NCBI GenBank assembly: GCA_964016885.1
Contig: OZ024745.1
Coordinates: 63,364,001 to 63,428,000 of the forward strand
Length of the DNA stretch: 64,000 nt
From: Eledone cirrhosa
Lineage: Eukaryota
Direction of reading: 5' to 3'
A model generated the notes under the pieces. The model searched no databases, was not told where the DNA came from, and worked only from the letters and a program-made list of their open reading frames with translations. Below, piece by piece: positions 11,214 through 25,129 of the stretch. Each line of letters starts with the position of its first letter. Position 1 is the stretch's first letter. The translations under genes were made by a program, and so were the position numbers.

Positions 11214-13006
11214 ATGATTCTTTTGGGGACCTGAAGCGTGGTTACACCAGACTATCTTCTATATACAAGACTATCCTTTTTCGTCTAGAAACAATATGTA
11301 GAATGTAAATAATTCTATCTTGTCTAATATTGCAAAACATTCTACAATGAGCACTTATATAAACCTTAACATAGTTAACTGGATTTGGATCATAATCAAA
11401 CTTACAACATATAAATTTCAGATATATTTTTCTATCTTTAGTAAGCATATCATACCTCTTTTTGCCTTCTTTTCGAAATATAAATCATCTCCAGGTCTTT
11501 CTGTCTGTGACTGCTTCATTCAAAGAGTCAGCTGTTATTAGAAAATAGAGAAGCTATGCTTCAATACATTTATGAAATGATTATTTACTTAACTACATTT
11601 ACGCACACCGGATGCTTACTTCCTCACATATATTGAGAAATATGAGAACATTATCAAACCGCATCAGTCGTTAATTGAAGAATTTATAATATGTAATCGG
11701 CTGTCATTGTTTTTCATGTTATGTTAAAGTAATTTCCGCATACCGATATAATACGCAAAGCGGAGATAATAATAACATAGGCATTATTTTTCTTTTTTCT
11801 CTTAGGAAACAGAAGTGCTTTTAACTATGCGATGAAATACTCAGAGCACATACCGCACCATAATTTGGGAAATTAATATAAACCAGAAGATTCAACTGTT
11901 CGATGGGGAAATCACTTTTATTATTACACATAATGTGTGGCTCCTTTAAGTTATAATTGCCGATGGATTTCCATCTGGAAATTTCCTCTCCAATGAACAA
12001 CGTTTGTTTTGTATAAGACGCACACTGGAACATGCCTTCCAGTTTCCATTCTCTACAGCACATATGCTGGCCAAGGTAAAATATTTGCCGAGAAATGTTG
12101 GCATCAATGTTATTGCAAATCATTTTTTTTTTACAAAATGAGTAGACTAGAGCAACATAAATTAAAGTGCTGTGCCAAAGGATATAAAACAGAGCCCGAT
12201 CCAAAAATCGAATTCGCGATATTATAACTACAAGCTCAACACTCTAACAGCCATGCCATCCGACTTCAAACACATAAGTAAACATATGGGCATCTATAAT
12301 AGGATAAGACAAACACTAATATTGTTACTAATTATATATACGGTGTGTCAGCTGTGAGATGACCGGGAAGATCACAAATTAGATTAGTACTTGCTGCAGG
12401 TGGCATAACGAAAGGGGGTATTGATTAGGTAGAGGTCAAAATGCGAGCTCAAGCGTTTTCAGATTGTACTTTCTCGAAGATTCTTCAGGTTCCACAGTCT
12501 AAGATTTAAATACAAAGGCAGGAGATTGTAGTATAATCGGCTACATATTTCTGGAAATTGAGTCCTTGTTGGAAATGTTCTCTTTTAGGTTAGGTTACAT
12601 TTAAGATTTTGAATGAGCGATTTTATTTGCTAAATTCAAGCACTGTTGTTTTAGTTATTTCTTATAATGTTGCCGGCTTCAGATATCGGGTCGGGTCAAT
12701 GGTGGTGTACCACCTTCAATTGTTTCATCGATCAAATCCGCCAGAGTAATCATTTTATTCTGACATAATTGTTGCGGATTTCTTAATATATTTAGAATAT
12801 ATCGAAATGCATGTGTGTAATGTGCCGTGTGAGTTAAATTCTGACAGAGGCCTTGTGAAGAATGTGGTGAATGCAGTGATTCAAAATTCATATTTTCAGG
12901 TGTAGAATGAGTTTTGGGCATAGTAGGACGATATGGGGAGGTGGAGTATGCTTTGTTTATGTCTACTCACATTTATTATCATATAACGTGCAACTATTAT
13001 TGTATT

Positions 13007-13242
13007 ATCGAAATATGAGACGAGTAATACAATAATTGTTTCTACTTTAGGCACAAGACCAGCAATTACCCAGTGCATTACTGGTACTTTATTTTATCGA
13101 CCCCGTAAAGGATGAAAGGCAAAGTCAATCCCGCCGAGGTTGACTTTGCCTTTCATCCTTACGAGGTGATAAAATAAAGTACCAGTAATGCACTGTGCCT
13201 AAAGTAGAAACGATTATTGTATTACTCGTCTCATATTTCGAT
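13007..13242. mobile_element. Palindromic (fold-back) truncated SINE insertion
   Basis: The SINE core GCCTTTCATCCTTACGGGGTCGATAAAATAAAGTACCAG occurs on both strands around a centre near 13130. Direct repeat ATTATTGTATTA at 12996 and 13213. Confidence 0.8.
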
Positions 13243-13384
13243 ATCGATGTTCTATTTGAATAGTTAACTTTTTTCTGTGTTATATTTTCATCGGAAGGGA
13301 CTAATCGGATATACATCTCAAATCAAACTTTTTCCTGTTTTGTTTCTTTCATTTGGACATATTAAGAATTCGTGGCATTTCTAT

Positions 13385-13389
<5 letters not shown>

Positions 13390-13471
<82 letters not shown>

Positions 13472-13476
13472 TGTGT

Positions 13477-13518
<42 letters not shown>

Positions 13519-13573
13519 GCGTGCGTGTGTGTGTGCGTGCGTGCGCGCGTGTGTGTGTGTGTGTCTGTGTGTG
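13390..13573. repeat. (TG)n microsatellite
   Basis: Direct inspection. Confidence 0.97.
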
Positions 13574-14148
13574 CATATAGTTTGACATGACACATTGGCA
13601 TATGTTTATAATATTTATTTTTTATTTTGATGTGAATGTATCCGAAAATTGCCCAAAGATCAGAGGAATTTACAATGAGATGATGCAGGATATATTCCTT
13701 TTTTCGAAGATTCGACAGCCGGAAATAAGATTGACAATATTTAAAGTTGTTTTCATAGTTTACAGGTATGTTATTGTCTGATATGGGTTCTTCTTTTCAC
13801 AACACTTTCAAGACAATGGGAATTATCTTTGTAGCTGAATCTAAATATTTCTTTGGCGCCTTATAGTTGAGTTACTTACTAGAAAGTATAATTTTCCTAT
13901 TGGTTATTTTTCCTTATCTCTAGCCTCACACTCGCAAAATATGAAAGAATTATAGAATTCTGTATAACTGAAAGGGTTGGGTGACTCCTATTTGGTTTTT
14001 TTTTTTCGATTTCTTTCCTTACAAATATTTTCTCTTTAAATTTCGAACTTTCATTCTGGTATAATTATCGTAGCATTTAATTTTATAATATTTAATGTCT
14101 AACTTTTCTCTGTTTTCCAAACAACATATTTACCTTTCATTGCTTGCT

Positions 14149-14156
<8 letters not shown>

Positions 14157-14232
<76 letters not shown>
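14157..14232. repeat. (CT)n microsatellite
   Basis: Direct inspection. Confidence 0.97.
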
Positions 14233-14235
<3 letters not shown>

Positions 14236-14567
14236 TCCTCTCCTATTTCTTTCACCATATACATATATCTACATATATGTGTGTGTGTGTGTGTATATGT
14301 ATGTATGTACGTGTGTGTGTATGTATATGTAGATACATGTACAATTTTTCCGTGTGAGAGAGAGTGTGTGCGTAGGTATTTTATGCACGTGTGTGTGTAT
14401 TTATTTATATCCGTTAATTTTGTTTTTGTTTATAATGGTTTGTTTCTTGTAATGCTCGGGATAAGTGGGTCCGTTCAATTCTAGATCCGTGTTTGGTCAT
14501 TCTATATGCTTGTTTGTGTCTGGCTGGTTCGTCCACAGATTTGATTTGACTTTTGTTGTGTTAACAT

Positions 14568-14653
14568 TGGCCTGAGGATCAGGCAGACTTGGAGTCTGGT
14601 GTGGCGTGCCAACTCGGATCACAAGTCAGTTGCTTGAGAAATATGTGTAACCG
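14568..14653 (+). ncRNA. Hammerhead ribozyme with 59-nt extended stem II in a solo PLE terminus (~14400-14775)
   Basis: GGC-CUGAGGA-[UCAGGCA GACUUG...CAAGUC agu UGCUUGA]-GAAAU-AUGU-GUA-ACC, followed by AATAAA at ~14663. Confidence 0.68.
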
Positions 14654-14828
14654 GGACTGAGGAATAAATCTCCTATGTAACACCTCCACTTTGTTCTTAT
14701 TGTATACACTCTAATCTGCATTGAGTGCTGACTTTGGTTCTCTCACCAGTTTTCTTACGATTTACTGAACTTTATACATACACACACCCACACACACACG
14801 CACACACACACACACACACATATGTATA

Positions 14829-14859
<31 letters not shown>

Positions 14860-14899
14860 AGTTAAGTAAGACATAAACTGACGAGTAAGCAGCCACGGA

Positions 14900-16300
14900 C
14901 CATCAGCGGTGAACTAGTTCGCATAAGAGGCTTTGAACATTGAGGTACCAAGAGGTGATAGGAATGAAGAAAGACGAAAGTTAGAATGGACTGAAAATGC
15001 GGAAGGTCAGGATTTGGATTCATATAATTATTGGATGACATATCTAACTTCAAATAAGTCATGACGAACTTCGTTGTGTAACATTCTGTATCGGTAGACG
15101 TGCATATCGCTTATGCTTGAATCGGATATGGTAGGGCTTTATGCTTATTGTATGCGCCTGCGAAATTCACTCGATTGTATTGTTTGCCATAGTGGTTGGC
15201 GTGTTTGACAAGCAGTAAAAATGCTACTATCTTAATGATGTTGATTGGACGCAGTGCTCGGCTGGTACTCTCTTTTCTCACCTGTATGAATGATAGTATT
15301 TGGTCATCTTTTTTATTGTGAGCATATATTGTATCACTGGTAGAGAGCAATAGAAGTTGTCGTGATGGTAGTATTAGGGTCCTCTACTTTGGTAAAAGTC
15401 GAGTTAAATCATTGATATATTGTTTTGTTTTGTTTTTGTTGTTTTTTTAACTTTTTTGTTGTGTTTTACTGTATAAGCTGCCAGGCATAATTCATTTGCA
15501 AGCTATTACTGATGGTTTATTTGTAATGTTTAAATAATGCAGTTTTCTTGATCTTCATATTTCCTGCTTTTGATGTCGTGGAGAGTATGGTTGAGTCATG
15601 CTATTATCTTTATAGTGACAGATAGTCATATGTTTTCGAAGCCATTAATAGTTGCGGTGATGGGCAGTGGGTGAATTGATGTTCCAATACAGTATTAATC
15701 TTATTTATAGTACAATAAATATGCACGCATTCATTGTCCTCTGCTGCAGATATGGCACTTGGCCAATATCCATGTATTATCCTCGTTCTGGATATAGCTC
15801 TTGAATAGGAATTTGGAAATGGTGAATCCTGTGCGGGTCTGTTGTACATAGGAAGTGCTTAAGCAACTGTTCCATTTTCTGAAATTGGGAGCCTGGGCGT
15901 ATTTGTTAAAAGTTGTTTGATATCTATTGGTTTACAACACATTATGAAATGCCTCGGAACGTGGACCATCCGATACAGGATCTATTGTATCTGTTATATA
16001 TTCGTGTCAACTTTTTCAGCATGCATCATTTTTGGCACTGTGATGGTGTCAATTTAGCTTACTTCTCTTACGTTCAGGTGGATATCGAGAAAGTGGAGGA
16101 AGCGGTGTCGGTGGGATGCCCCGCCTTAAATACAATATGGCCATGTGTATTTTCGGATATCACAAATATATTGTTGGCTACTTCACGGGAGTATGTAATG
16201 GTTAGGATGCGAATTCCATCTATATATTTCGTGAGGAAAGAGCCAGAAAGTTGGACTTTGAGGGCTTTGCCTTCGAAATGTGCCCTGTAAATGAAGACGA
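14900..16300 (-). mobile_element. Old, heavily decayed PLE remnant
   Basis: Minus: IYRAHFEGKALK...KYIDGIRILT...NTHGHIVFKAGHP, then LHFLDIHL, resembling PLE RT motifs 5-7. GKQY-like GIY-YIG trace near 15180. Confidence 0.5.
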
Positions 16301-16980
16301 TGGTACCTGTAGCGCTATCTGTAGGTTCATTATCCAACGTTAATAAAATGAATATATATGTATGTGTGTGTGTGCGGGGGGTGGGGGTGGGGGTGATTAT
16401 GTGTGTGTCTCTATCTGTGTATGAGTGTGTGTGTGTTAATACCGTATTCACAAATCAAAGTTTCAGCGGATTTCTAGTATGCTACATTCAGCATCAAATT
16501 TGTTTGCTAACCTCGAGCGAGATTGCCAACAACAATCATGATTAATATATACAATTGTTCAAGTTTTAGAAAGATAAAAAGTAGTAGTAACCAATCCTTA
16601 TTACAAAATATTATAGGAAATATATATTTCAGTACACAAAGTAATCTGTCGTGTAAAAGTACAATATGCTGATAGTAATGTACACATATCACAAACATTT
16701 AATGAAACTTAGTGCCATATATGTAAATATATATGTTTTCTTTACGACATTGCATGTAACAATCACATCAGCTGGCATTATAATTATACAACTTAATCAC
16801 TTATATTGGATTCGTGATAAATAAAAGATTAGCTTAAATCTGAAGAGGGAAATATGAAAATAATATTTAAGCAACAACACATATTTGTCTTAATATATAA
16901 TTGATCTAACTCAAGGAAAGAAATTGAGTTCATCATCATTTATTTAATATTTTCTAGTTGCTATTATGTAGGCACATGTT

Positions 16981-17160
16981 AGGGCAGTGGATTGACCGCA
17001 TCGGTAGAGCGTAGTTCTGTGTTCAAATCTCAACAAAGTTAGCTTTGCATTTCATCCATATGGGGTAAATAACAGAGAGCACCAGCAACAAATTGAGGCC
17101 AATTTAATCGACCTTTTGCTCCCTCAAAATTGTTGGCCTTTCGCCTAAATCACAAACCAT
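16981..17160 (+). mobile_element. Diverged tRNA-derived SINE
   Basis: A-box-like head, GTTCAAAT B box, degenerate TTTCATCC core, TTGGCCTT..CCTAAA..AAACCATTA tail. Confidence 0.65.
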
Positions 17161-17176
17161 TATTTAATCACAAGTC

Positions 17177-17347
17177 GGTAGATTGGCAGTATCGGTAGAG
17201 AGTCGGACGCCATGCTTTCCAGCATAGTTATGTCCCTTTACGGTCTGAGTTCAAATCCTTTGCCTTTCATCCTTACGGGGTCGATAAAATAAAGTGCCAG
17301 TAATGTACTGGGTAATTGCTGGCCTTGTGCCAAAAAGTAGAAACAAT
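17177..17347 (+). mobile_element. tRNA-derived SINE (cephalopod Nin/Ceph-domain type)
   Basis: TGGCAGTATCGGTAGAG A box, GAGTTCAAATCC B box, conserved core. TSD ATTATTTAATCACAAGTC. Confidence 0.9.
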
Positions 17348-19579
17348 TATTTAATCACAAGTCAATCTTAATTGAACATACCATTAATGAAACGTCTCCA
17401 TAGCTTCGGTATTTTATTCAAATTTAACCTAACTAGTTCAATGTATTCTCAATGTATTCTCAATGTATTCTCTCATTTCCAAAACAGTAGGCTCTATTTT
17501 GAGGGAAAATTGACTGTTAAATCTAACATGTCGAATGACCATGTTGGCGTATTTGATGAGAGTGTATGCCCTTCCACCAGGAAATGCGGACTGACAATTC
17601 CATAAACCACCATTTGCTTGTAAACGTGATCATGCTTATGTTAAAACACGCCTTTGATATTTTGGTGTTTTATCTCTCACTCAATTTTATTTATTATGCA
17701 TAGTCTTTGCATATCACTTATAATTTTCCTGTGTTAGAATCCCCAATATATTTATATTTATTCTGCTAAAGTTCTATCGTCCTACGTGACGTTGAATATT
17801 TATCAATATAAATTTGGGAAAACACTTGTATTTTCCTGATTGTCTTATCAAAATATATTTGTTGGAATCATTCGTTTTCTTTGTTTTGCATTTCTGGTTC
17901 TCTATACAGAATATCTCTAATATTACGTTCAATTTTGTTCAACCAATTTTGTACTCCTTCCGTACAATCACACTTAATAAGTAAAAGTATGTTCGCTTTT
18001 TGCAGATTTTGTGTCGTTATTTTCTTTAATTTTATGTTTCTGGAAGAGTGAATTATTATATAAGATTTGCAAAACGATAGAGATTTGCCTACTGAATAAA
18101 TTAGACATTCATCGTATTATTTATAATTCCTTTGTAAATATATTATTGATGATTTTGTTTCTGCATGTTTAAATTTTTCAATGCGGTTTTCTTATTTTAT
18201 TTTCAGTTTTGTATGATGTATCTGCAGATTTCTTTCTTTGTCAGTTCTTCTGATTTTATATAAATTGCATATCTTAGATGGTGCACGTTGTTTCCACGTT
18301 TATTCCATTTCAACAGACAATTCTCTTGGGGCTGCGTTCATTGAATCCGTTCTGTGTAGGTTTTTGTTTGCGTGTGGGGTGTGGGAGCATCTATGTTTCA
18401 AATCTTTTTTTCTAACTATTCCTCTTTTAGTTTATTTTAAGGATTCATATGTCTTTCAGTTGCTGAGTTATGTTGTGCCATTAGATTTTTTAGAAGAATT
18501 TTGCTAATATTTTGTATTTCAAGTATAAACATAAAGCATTTACATATCAACTATTTTTCAATGTTTTTAAGTGTGTTATCCTGAATATGAACATCTCTTC
18601 ACCAGGAATTCGAACTAATAACACTTGTAACAAATTTTATGCTATAGGTCCCGAAGCCGTATGCAAATACATTTGCAATTTTAGGCTATTTAGAGAATTA
18701 CCTTCTGAATGGCTACTATATTGACTTTATGTTAACCTTAATCTTATATATTAGGTTTTCAACGGGAATTGCTTAACATGTATTCTTCACTTTTCTAAAA
18801 TCTCCCCCATTGATCACCAGGGATGATAATGCAATATATATATATATCGGTATATCATTCATTTAAAGTGTCATATGCAACGAGACATTCTTGGCTTAAT
18901 ATTTGTTCTGCAAATTAAAGCTTTGCTACGCTTATATATTGTCGTTTTTAGGATGACACTCATAGTTTCTTTATACGACATCTACAAATAAGTTGCTTGT
19001 TATAAAGGAAATTCATAAAATCTTGTCACGTTTATTTAGGTATAATGTTAGTGATGAATTTCTGATACGGGATATTACGTTTTAACAAGGCACTGATATT
19101 GTGTTAAGCATTATATTAAAACTTTTCTATTATACTCTATTATTCATGCTGGAGATGTTACTTTCATCACCAATTTGTACCGGACAAAAGCTTATAAGTC
19201 GTGTTGTATAGTTATATCGCACATTGTTCCTTGCGTTATTTAGGATTTCTTTATAACTTAATCGATTTAGAGTGTTATATCCAGTAACATAAGCTTCCAT
19301 AAATAATTTCGTACAATATATAGAATGGAACACTCATATTACGTACATTATTCTGTGAGAAAATTGCAAATAACGTATATATAACGTATATATAAACAAA
19401 TAACGTATATATAAACAGATCTTGGTATTAATCGTAGATAGCTGGACAGAATGAATCCTCAATCTCAATGGGAAATTGCAGGCAAACGAGACAAAGAGAA
19501 ATGGGCCACAGTTTTAAAAACATACAATTGTGTATGCTTGTCAATTAGAAATATGTCGGTAAGAGTGAATACTGCGTGA

Positions 19580-19830
19580 AACATTAGAATATGCAATGCA
19601 AATAATGCTCCAGTACAGAATCTAAGAGATCAGATACAATGAGAAAATCAATTATTGATCTCTGTACCTGATTTCCCTTATACCATGTATATATATGGAT
19701 ATCTCTATGCTGGACGAAAGTGTTCACAATCGTATTTAGATCGAGGTTGCCGATCTTTCCAATCTTTTCAGGCCAGGTGTTCAGTGCCAACATGTGCATT
19801 GAAGTCTCTCATCAGATTATAGGACTAAAT
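19580..19830 (-). mobile_element. RTE-type LINE AP-endonuclease fragment
   Basis: Minus: ILMRDFNAHVG...NTFVQHRDIHIYTWY...QRSIIDFLIVS. Confidence 0.7.
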
Positions 19831-20559
19831 CATAAAACTAAATCTAATGCTGCAGTGTCTTCATCAAGGAAGGATCCGTATTCTTTAAAAAATTAACTAG
19901 AATAAACTTGAGAATCAAATAAAGAATAACATGTTTCTCTTTCTATTGATTTATTCAATATTCTTTTTCCATTTGTCATTGAATTCTTCGGTATAAATTT
20001 GAAATTAAATCACAGTGGAAAACTATATTTGTGTAGTATCTTAGAAATTACATAATGTTGAATTCAAAATTCTGTTATTTATAATCACAGGGAAATAACA
20101 AAGACACAGAGCAGGTCAATGTAGAAATGGATATGACTCCTGTTCGTTATTTTTTCGCCCAAACATATGGCTACCAATCTGTATTTCTGAATAGAATATA
20201 TCTATCATCGCAGCTGTCTTCACTATTTAAAGTATATGCTAGGGGAGAAATATAATTCAAGAGTGTAGATACGCTATTTCTAGTATTCCAAGGGGGCGAA
20301 AATACATATTGTTCTGTGCATTCGCAATTATTATTTATTTCATTTACACTTAGAGAAAGAACAATTTTAATTCATATCAATTGATTTATTTCTTTGCGTA
20401 ATTTAGATGAATAAATTGATAAAGAATATACATTTACGTTTTCTTTTGTATTTATTCAATAAATTTCTAATAGCCTACACCTATAAATCTTATCGGGTTA
20501 TTTTTAAAATTTAGAATTAAAGGGAATTATATTTGCATAAATATGAGATGCTGTGCTGA

Positions 20560-20604
20560 ATAAGACCCGTCCCACCCTTGCAAGCAGGGAAAAGCGGATG
20601 TAAA

Positions 20605-20650
<46 letters not shown>
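20560..20650 (+). mobile_element. 3' tail of an RTE-related retroposon ending in (ATG)n
   Basis: CCGTCCCACCCTTGCAAGCAGGGAAAAGCGGATGTAAAA followed by about 15 ATG units. Confidence 0.5.
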
Positions 20651-20651
<1 letters not shown>

Positions 20652-21680
20652 AATGAGATAATTTGAGAATAAGAGAATGAAGAGGTTATTTGTACATTTA
20701 TGTCTGTTACAGAAACAGCGAACAGATAATTTCATATCCGGTGATTATATTTATCTTAGTGTTCTTCCCATTGCTGTACATCGATATGCGATTACTAGAT
20801 CTGTGAAATTGAAACATCTGTGCCACTAGAATATTATTGAATGAATAGAAAATTAGCTATCAATATTATTATTACACACCTTATAACCCGCATATCATAA
20901 CCAAATTGAACTGCTATGAGAGACATTTTAATTTATTCAATAAATTGAATAACGCGCCTGGATAAGAACTATATTCTGAATATAAACTACGTTTATTTTC
21001 GTCCGAACTTATTTTAGAACCAAGCAATAGATAATGTACAGAATGGAAATATAATTCTTTTGACAGGAGTTTAATATACAGATATACGAATGGATCATCC
21101 TGCCCTTCTTGTAAATAGAAAAAAGAACAAGGTTAGCGTAAATAAGTTTAATATGTTCAATTATATTTACCTCTAATGTCTGTTTCCTTAACTACAGACT
21201 CACGACAAATAGCTTCTTTTAAAACCGAAAACTGTTGCTCATTTCAAAAATATTATTCACTTAATATATACTACAAAATTACACTTAGATATATCAGATT
21301 AGAATCCCTATACAATTGGACTATTAAATAAATGCAATAAAAATCAATCATATCACTGTTTGTGAATCTTTCCAATATCTTCTATGAGAATTTGTATATG
21401 ATAAACAATAATTTCATTTTATCTACATGAAAATTAAACGAATAATGAATTGTATAGAACAAAAGAATATTTGCCTCGAATTCATTCATGTTTAATTATG
21501 CGCGACTGTTTTAAAATATTAGCAAAAACCTTATGTTCTGATATGTAACAGAATTATCCACGCATATGCAGTCTACGATGTTAAATAAATTACTGTGACA
21601 GAAGATATATATGTATATATATATTTCGTTTCTGAATTTGTTTGGCAAGATTCTTTATCTGAAAACGTGTGTTGAAACCG

Positions 21681-21982
21681 ATATTGTTATGCTTTGGGAG
21701 GGTCATGTTGCCAATAAGAAACACACACACCAGCTGCTTTCACTCCAATTTATTATAGATTAAATTTATAAATTTAAGAATCCCCAGAAAAGAATCCGCA
21801 GTCACTGAAGAGGTCACAGAATGTGTGACGAAAAACTTTGACAATATATGAACAACCGTCCGGCTATGGAACCAACCAACCAGCCAACCGGAAATTTATA
21901 AATTCTTAAATTTATAAATTTAATTTATAATAAATTGGAGTGAAAGCAACTGGTGCGTGTGTTTCTTATTGGCCACATGCAT

Positions 21983-21990
<8 letters not shown>
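21681..21990 (+). mobile_element. Solo PLE terminus with inverted duplication
   Basis: ~90-100 bp inverted repeats (21681-21780 vs ~21900-21990) flank a hammerhead; the element ends in (TA)n. Confidence 0.75.
21801..21842 (+). ncRNA. Minimal hammerhead ribozyme
   Basis: GUCA-CUGAAGA-G-GUCACA-GAAUG-UGUGAC-GAAA-AACUU-UGAC; stem I is GUCA/UGAC. Confidence 0.7.
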
Positions 21991-22035
<45 letters not shown>

Positions 22036-22862
22036 GGGGGGTGTATGTGTTTGTGTGCATGGGGAAATGATTTTCTATTAAACAGATTGCAGGATTTAGT
22101 TAGATAAATTCCATTTGGAACCTTTCGTCATAACGTATTAGTTATTTAGATTTGAACAATGAATTTCATAATCTATCCAACCTCTCTAGATCTTGTCTGT
22201 CTTATTCTATACTAGTGGTTAGCGTTAGCATTGTCAAAGATGGTCTCCTCTCCGGCCCATATATTGTCGACGTCCTTCATGACAAAGATTTGCAGAAATT
22301 TCTTCCAGAGAGTTCCCAGACTAAATATACTCGGTATGTTACTGATATATTCATTTTCACGTATAGATTAAACCTGTGAGCTGATAAAAAGTATACTTTT
22401 AAAATATTACTCCATCAAAATCAATATTCAACGCTGTATAACTTCAGACGATACAAGTGACCAGTTCTTAGAGCTATATTATTGTTAAAATCATGTACAT
22501 ATATACATGCATTAAATACCCCAGCAAATAACTATATGTATGCGGAGAGTTATCATTAATATACATAACTAATGCCAGGGGTGAATCCGTTAAGAAGATC
22601 GTTTAAAATATATTCAACTTTTCAGAAAAAAAGCTAAATAATTAAGGAAAAACTCGTAAACTCGGCTACGCGAGCTGATTATTTGTATAACAATAAAAAA
22701 AAATAGAAACAATCACACCCAGAGATATAACAGATTCAACACCCAATGTAAACACACCGTTTCGACATACTATGTGAACCCCCCCTCCCCTCAGCCTCGC
22801 CAAAGAAGGGTGGAATACGTCACTAAAAACAATCAGATCTCATGTATCACTCAACAAAATAT

Positions 22863-23053
22863 AATTGTTTCTACTTTTGGCACAAGGCCAGCAATTAAAC
22901 CAGTGCATTACTGGTACTTTAGTTTATTGACCCCGTAAGGATGAAAGGTAAAGTTAACCTCGACGGGATTTGAACTCAGACCGTAAAGGGACGTAACTAT
23001 GTTGGAAAGCATGGCGTCCGACCCTCTACCGATACTGCCAATCCACCGCCAAT
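22863..23053 (-). mobile_element. tRNA-derived SINE
   Basis: Full head, core and tail; TSD CACTCAACAAAATATAAT. Confidence 0.9.
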
Positions 23054-24422
23054 CCACTCAACAAAATATAATACGAAATAACTATTATAATAAGACCAGA
23101 ATTAACACCTGATTTATACAGAAGAACATAAAACAGTAAGCTAGAGGATATACAACAGATAAAATATTTAATATTAAAAAAAAAGACCAATGCGAAGCAG
23201 GACATCATAAACATTGTAGGTGAAACAAACTGCGAATTGATATCAAAAACGAGCGAATGATTGCTACATTTCATTGATGGGCTCAAACCCATTAATTAAC
23301 ATGTAGATGGACATAGGAAATAGTCCTTCTGGTGATTTCGTTCGAATTTATATAATATAACTCATAGTGATACGTTGATAAACTTTATTTAAAACATACA
23401 GTACAGCTGCAGCTATAGTCGCTGGTGTAAGCATATACTTCAGAGTAGAAATGTGTTTTTATGCCACGCATAACAATTTTTGTGGAAATACTTTATAAAG
23501 CACAATTCATTTATCTTCTATGAGTATCGATCGGAGTCAGCTGTTGAAGTAGTACATTATTTCATATAGACATTTTCTGATGCTTTTTGTAAAGAAGTAT
23601 AATAATATGAAAACCAGTAGTTATTTTTCATAACTCCTCAATATATAAATGTTGTTTGATTTTATAGGATCTCTCAACACGTGGGCAATTCTATTCAGGA
23701 ATTTTGAGAGAAACATGTCATTTTTATGATACAATTCCTGAGAGAAATATAGTTGAGTAGAAGAGATGTAGTGATGTTTTCATTCAATGTTTTTCACCTG
23801 TATAATTTCCATCATTTAGTATATACAGTTTATACCAACTCTCTTCAGTCGTTTTTGTAGTTTTTATTACATCAGTATTTTTCTTTAGATTACATAAATC
23901 TCTACTGAGGAATGATTATGATATAGCTATGCTATTTTGTATCTCATCTATATATATGCTATATTTTTTTTACTTTGGAAATCCGTCATCTTTATTTATG
24001 TTAAGTCTTATTTCATTAGTAGGTTTCACGAAAGAATAATCTGCCCCCAAGTTATTGTTATAGTATATATAAGCATTCTGTTGAAATTTAACGCCTCCTA
24101 ATAATACTTACGTGAAATTATTGATGCAAGAATATGAAATGAAACGTCTACTTAACAACAAACATTTTGTTTACTATCATATTAGATGTCTTTTTGAATT
24201 TCCTCTAACTTTCTATTTAAATATATAACATGGAAGTTGATATGACGACCATTTGATACTTATTTCAGCAGAAACAGAGGAAGTAAAAACGTTACTTTAG
24301 TATTTTGTTTTAGATGACGTCACTTTAATTGATGTGTGAATAGTAAGATATAAAACGAGAAGTGATGTTGTTTCTTTCCTTTTTTTCGCAGCACCTAGAA
24401 TTAATAACCAAATTACCCCCTC

Positions 24423-24536
<114 letters not shown>

Positions 24537-24544
24537 ATAACTTT

Positions 24545-24755
24545 AAGATTGTGTAGGATAGAACAAAGAAGAGGCACGAAATAAAGAAATCAGTCACTCA
24601 ATGGGTCACAGAATGTGGGACGAAAGAGCTTTGACAATATATAAACAACCATCCGGTTATTGAAATAAGCGACCGGAAATTTATAATAAATTGAAGTGAA
24701 AACCAACAGCTGCATGTGTCTTTATTCGCAGCATGACCCTCCCAAATATACCAAT
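24545..24755 (+). mobile_element. Second copy of the 21.8 kb PLE terminus with decayed hammerhead
   Basis: GTCACTCAATGGGTCACAGAATGTGGGACGAAAGAGCTTTGACAATATAT..AACAACC.TCCGG aligns with 21801-21870. Flanked by (TA)n. Confidence 0.7.
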
Positions 24756-25129
24756 ATATATATATATATATATGACTGTTATAAGTCGTACCGTGACAGC
24801 TAAATAACAGCTAGCTACTAAGGTATTCATAAAAGCTTCCCGGCCAATAACTATTATATCGTTAACTATAAATTTCACCTGTCTATTCAAGATTTGTGGT
24901 GCCCAGTGTAATTCTAGTTTTATATAGTATCCTATGCAAACTCATCCTAAAACATTTAGTAATTCCCTTATTCTCTTAACCGCCTATAACCACCCAAACA
25001 CTACTGCCAAGTATATATGTTACACAGTGAGGCGATGTGCTCTAATACTAATTGTTAAGCCTTATTACCAATGAATCTAAAATCTCTGCCGTCATCAGGA
25101 CCAGCTGTGTGCAGAGCGAGGGAAACACA

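Noticed and set aside
11300-12900. Possible ancient PLE remnant (YKTHTG resembling YRKPTHT)
   Set aside because: A single weak motif that cannot be supported by eye.
17177-17260. tRNA gene
   Set aside because: A and B boxes are present but there is no cloverleaf; it is a SINE head repeated many times in the window.
17600-19100. Possible decayed L1/Tx1 RT on the minus strand (AYGFGTYSIKFV)
   Set aside because: One motif-like peptide only; needs a translated HMM search.
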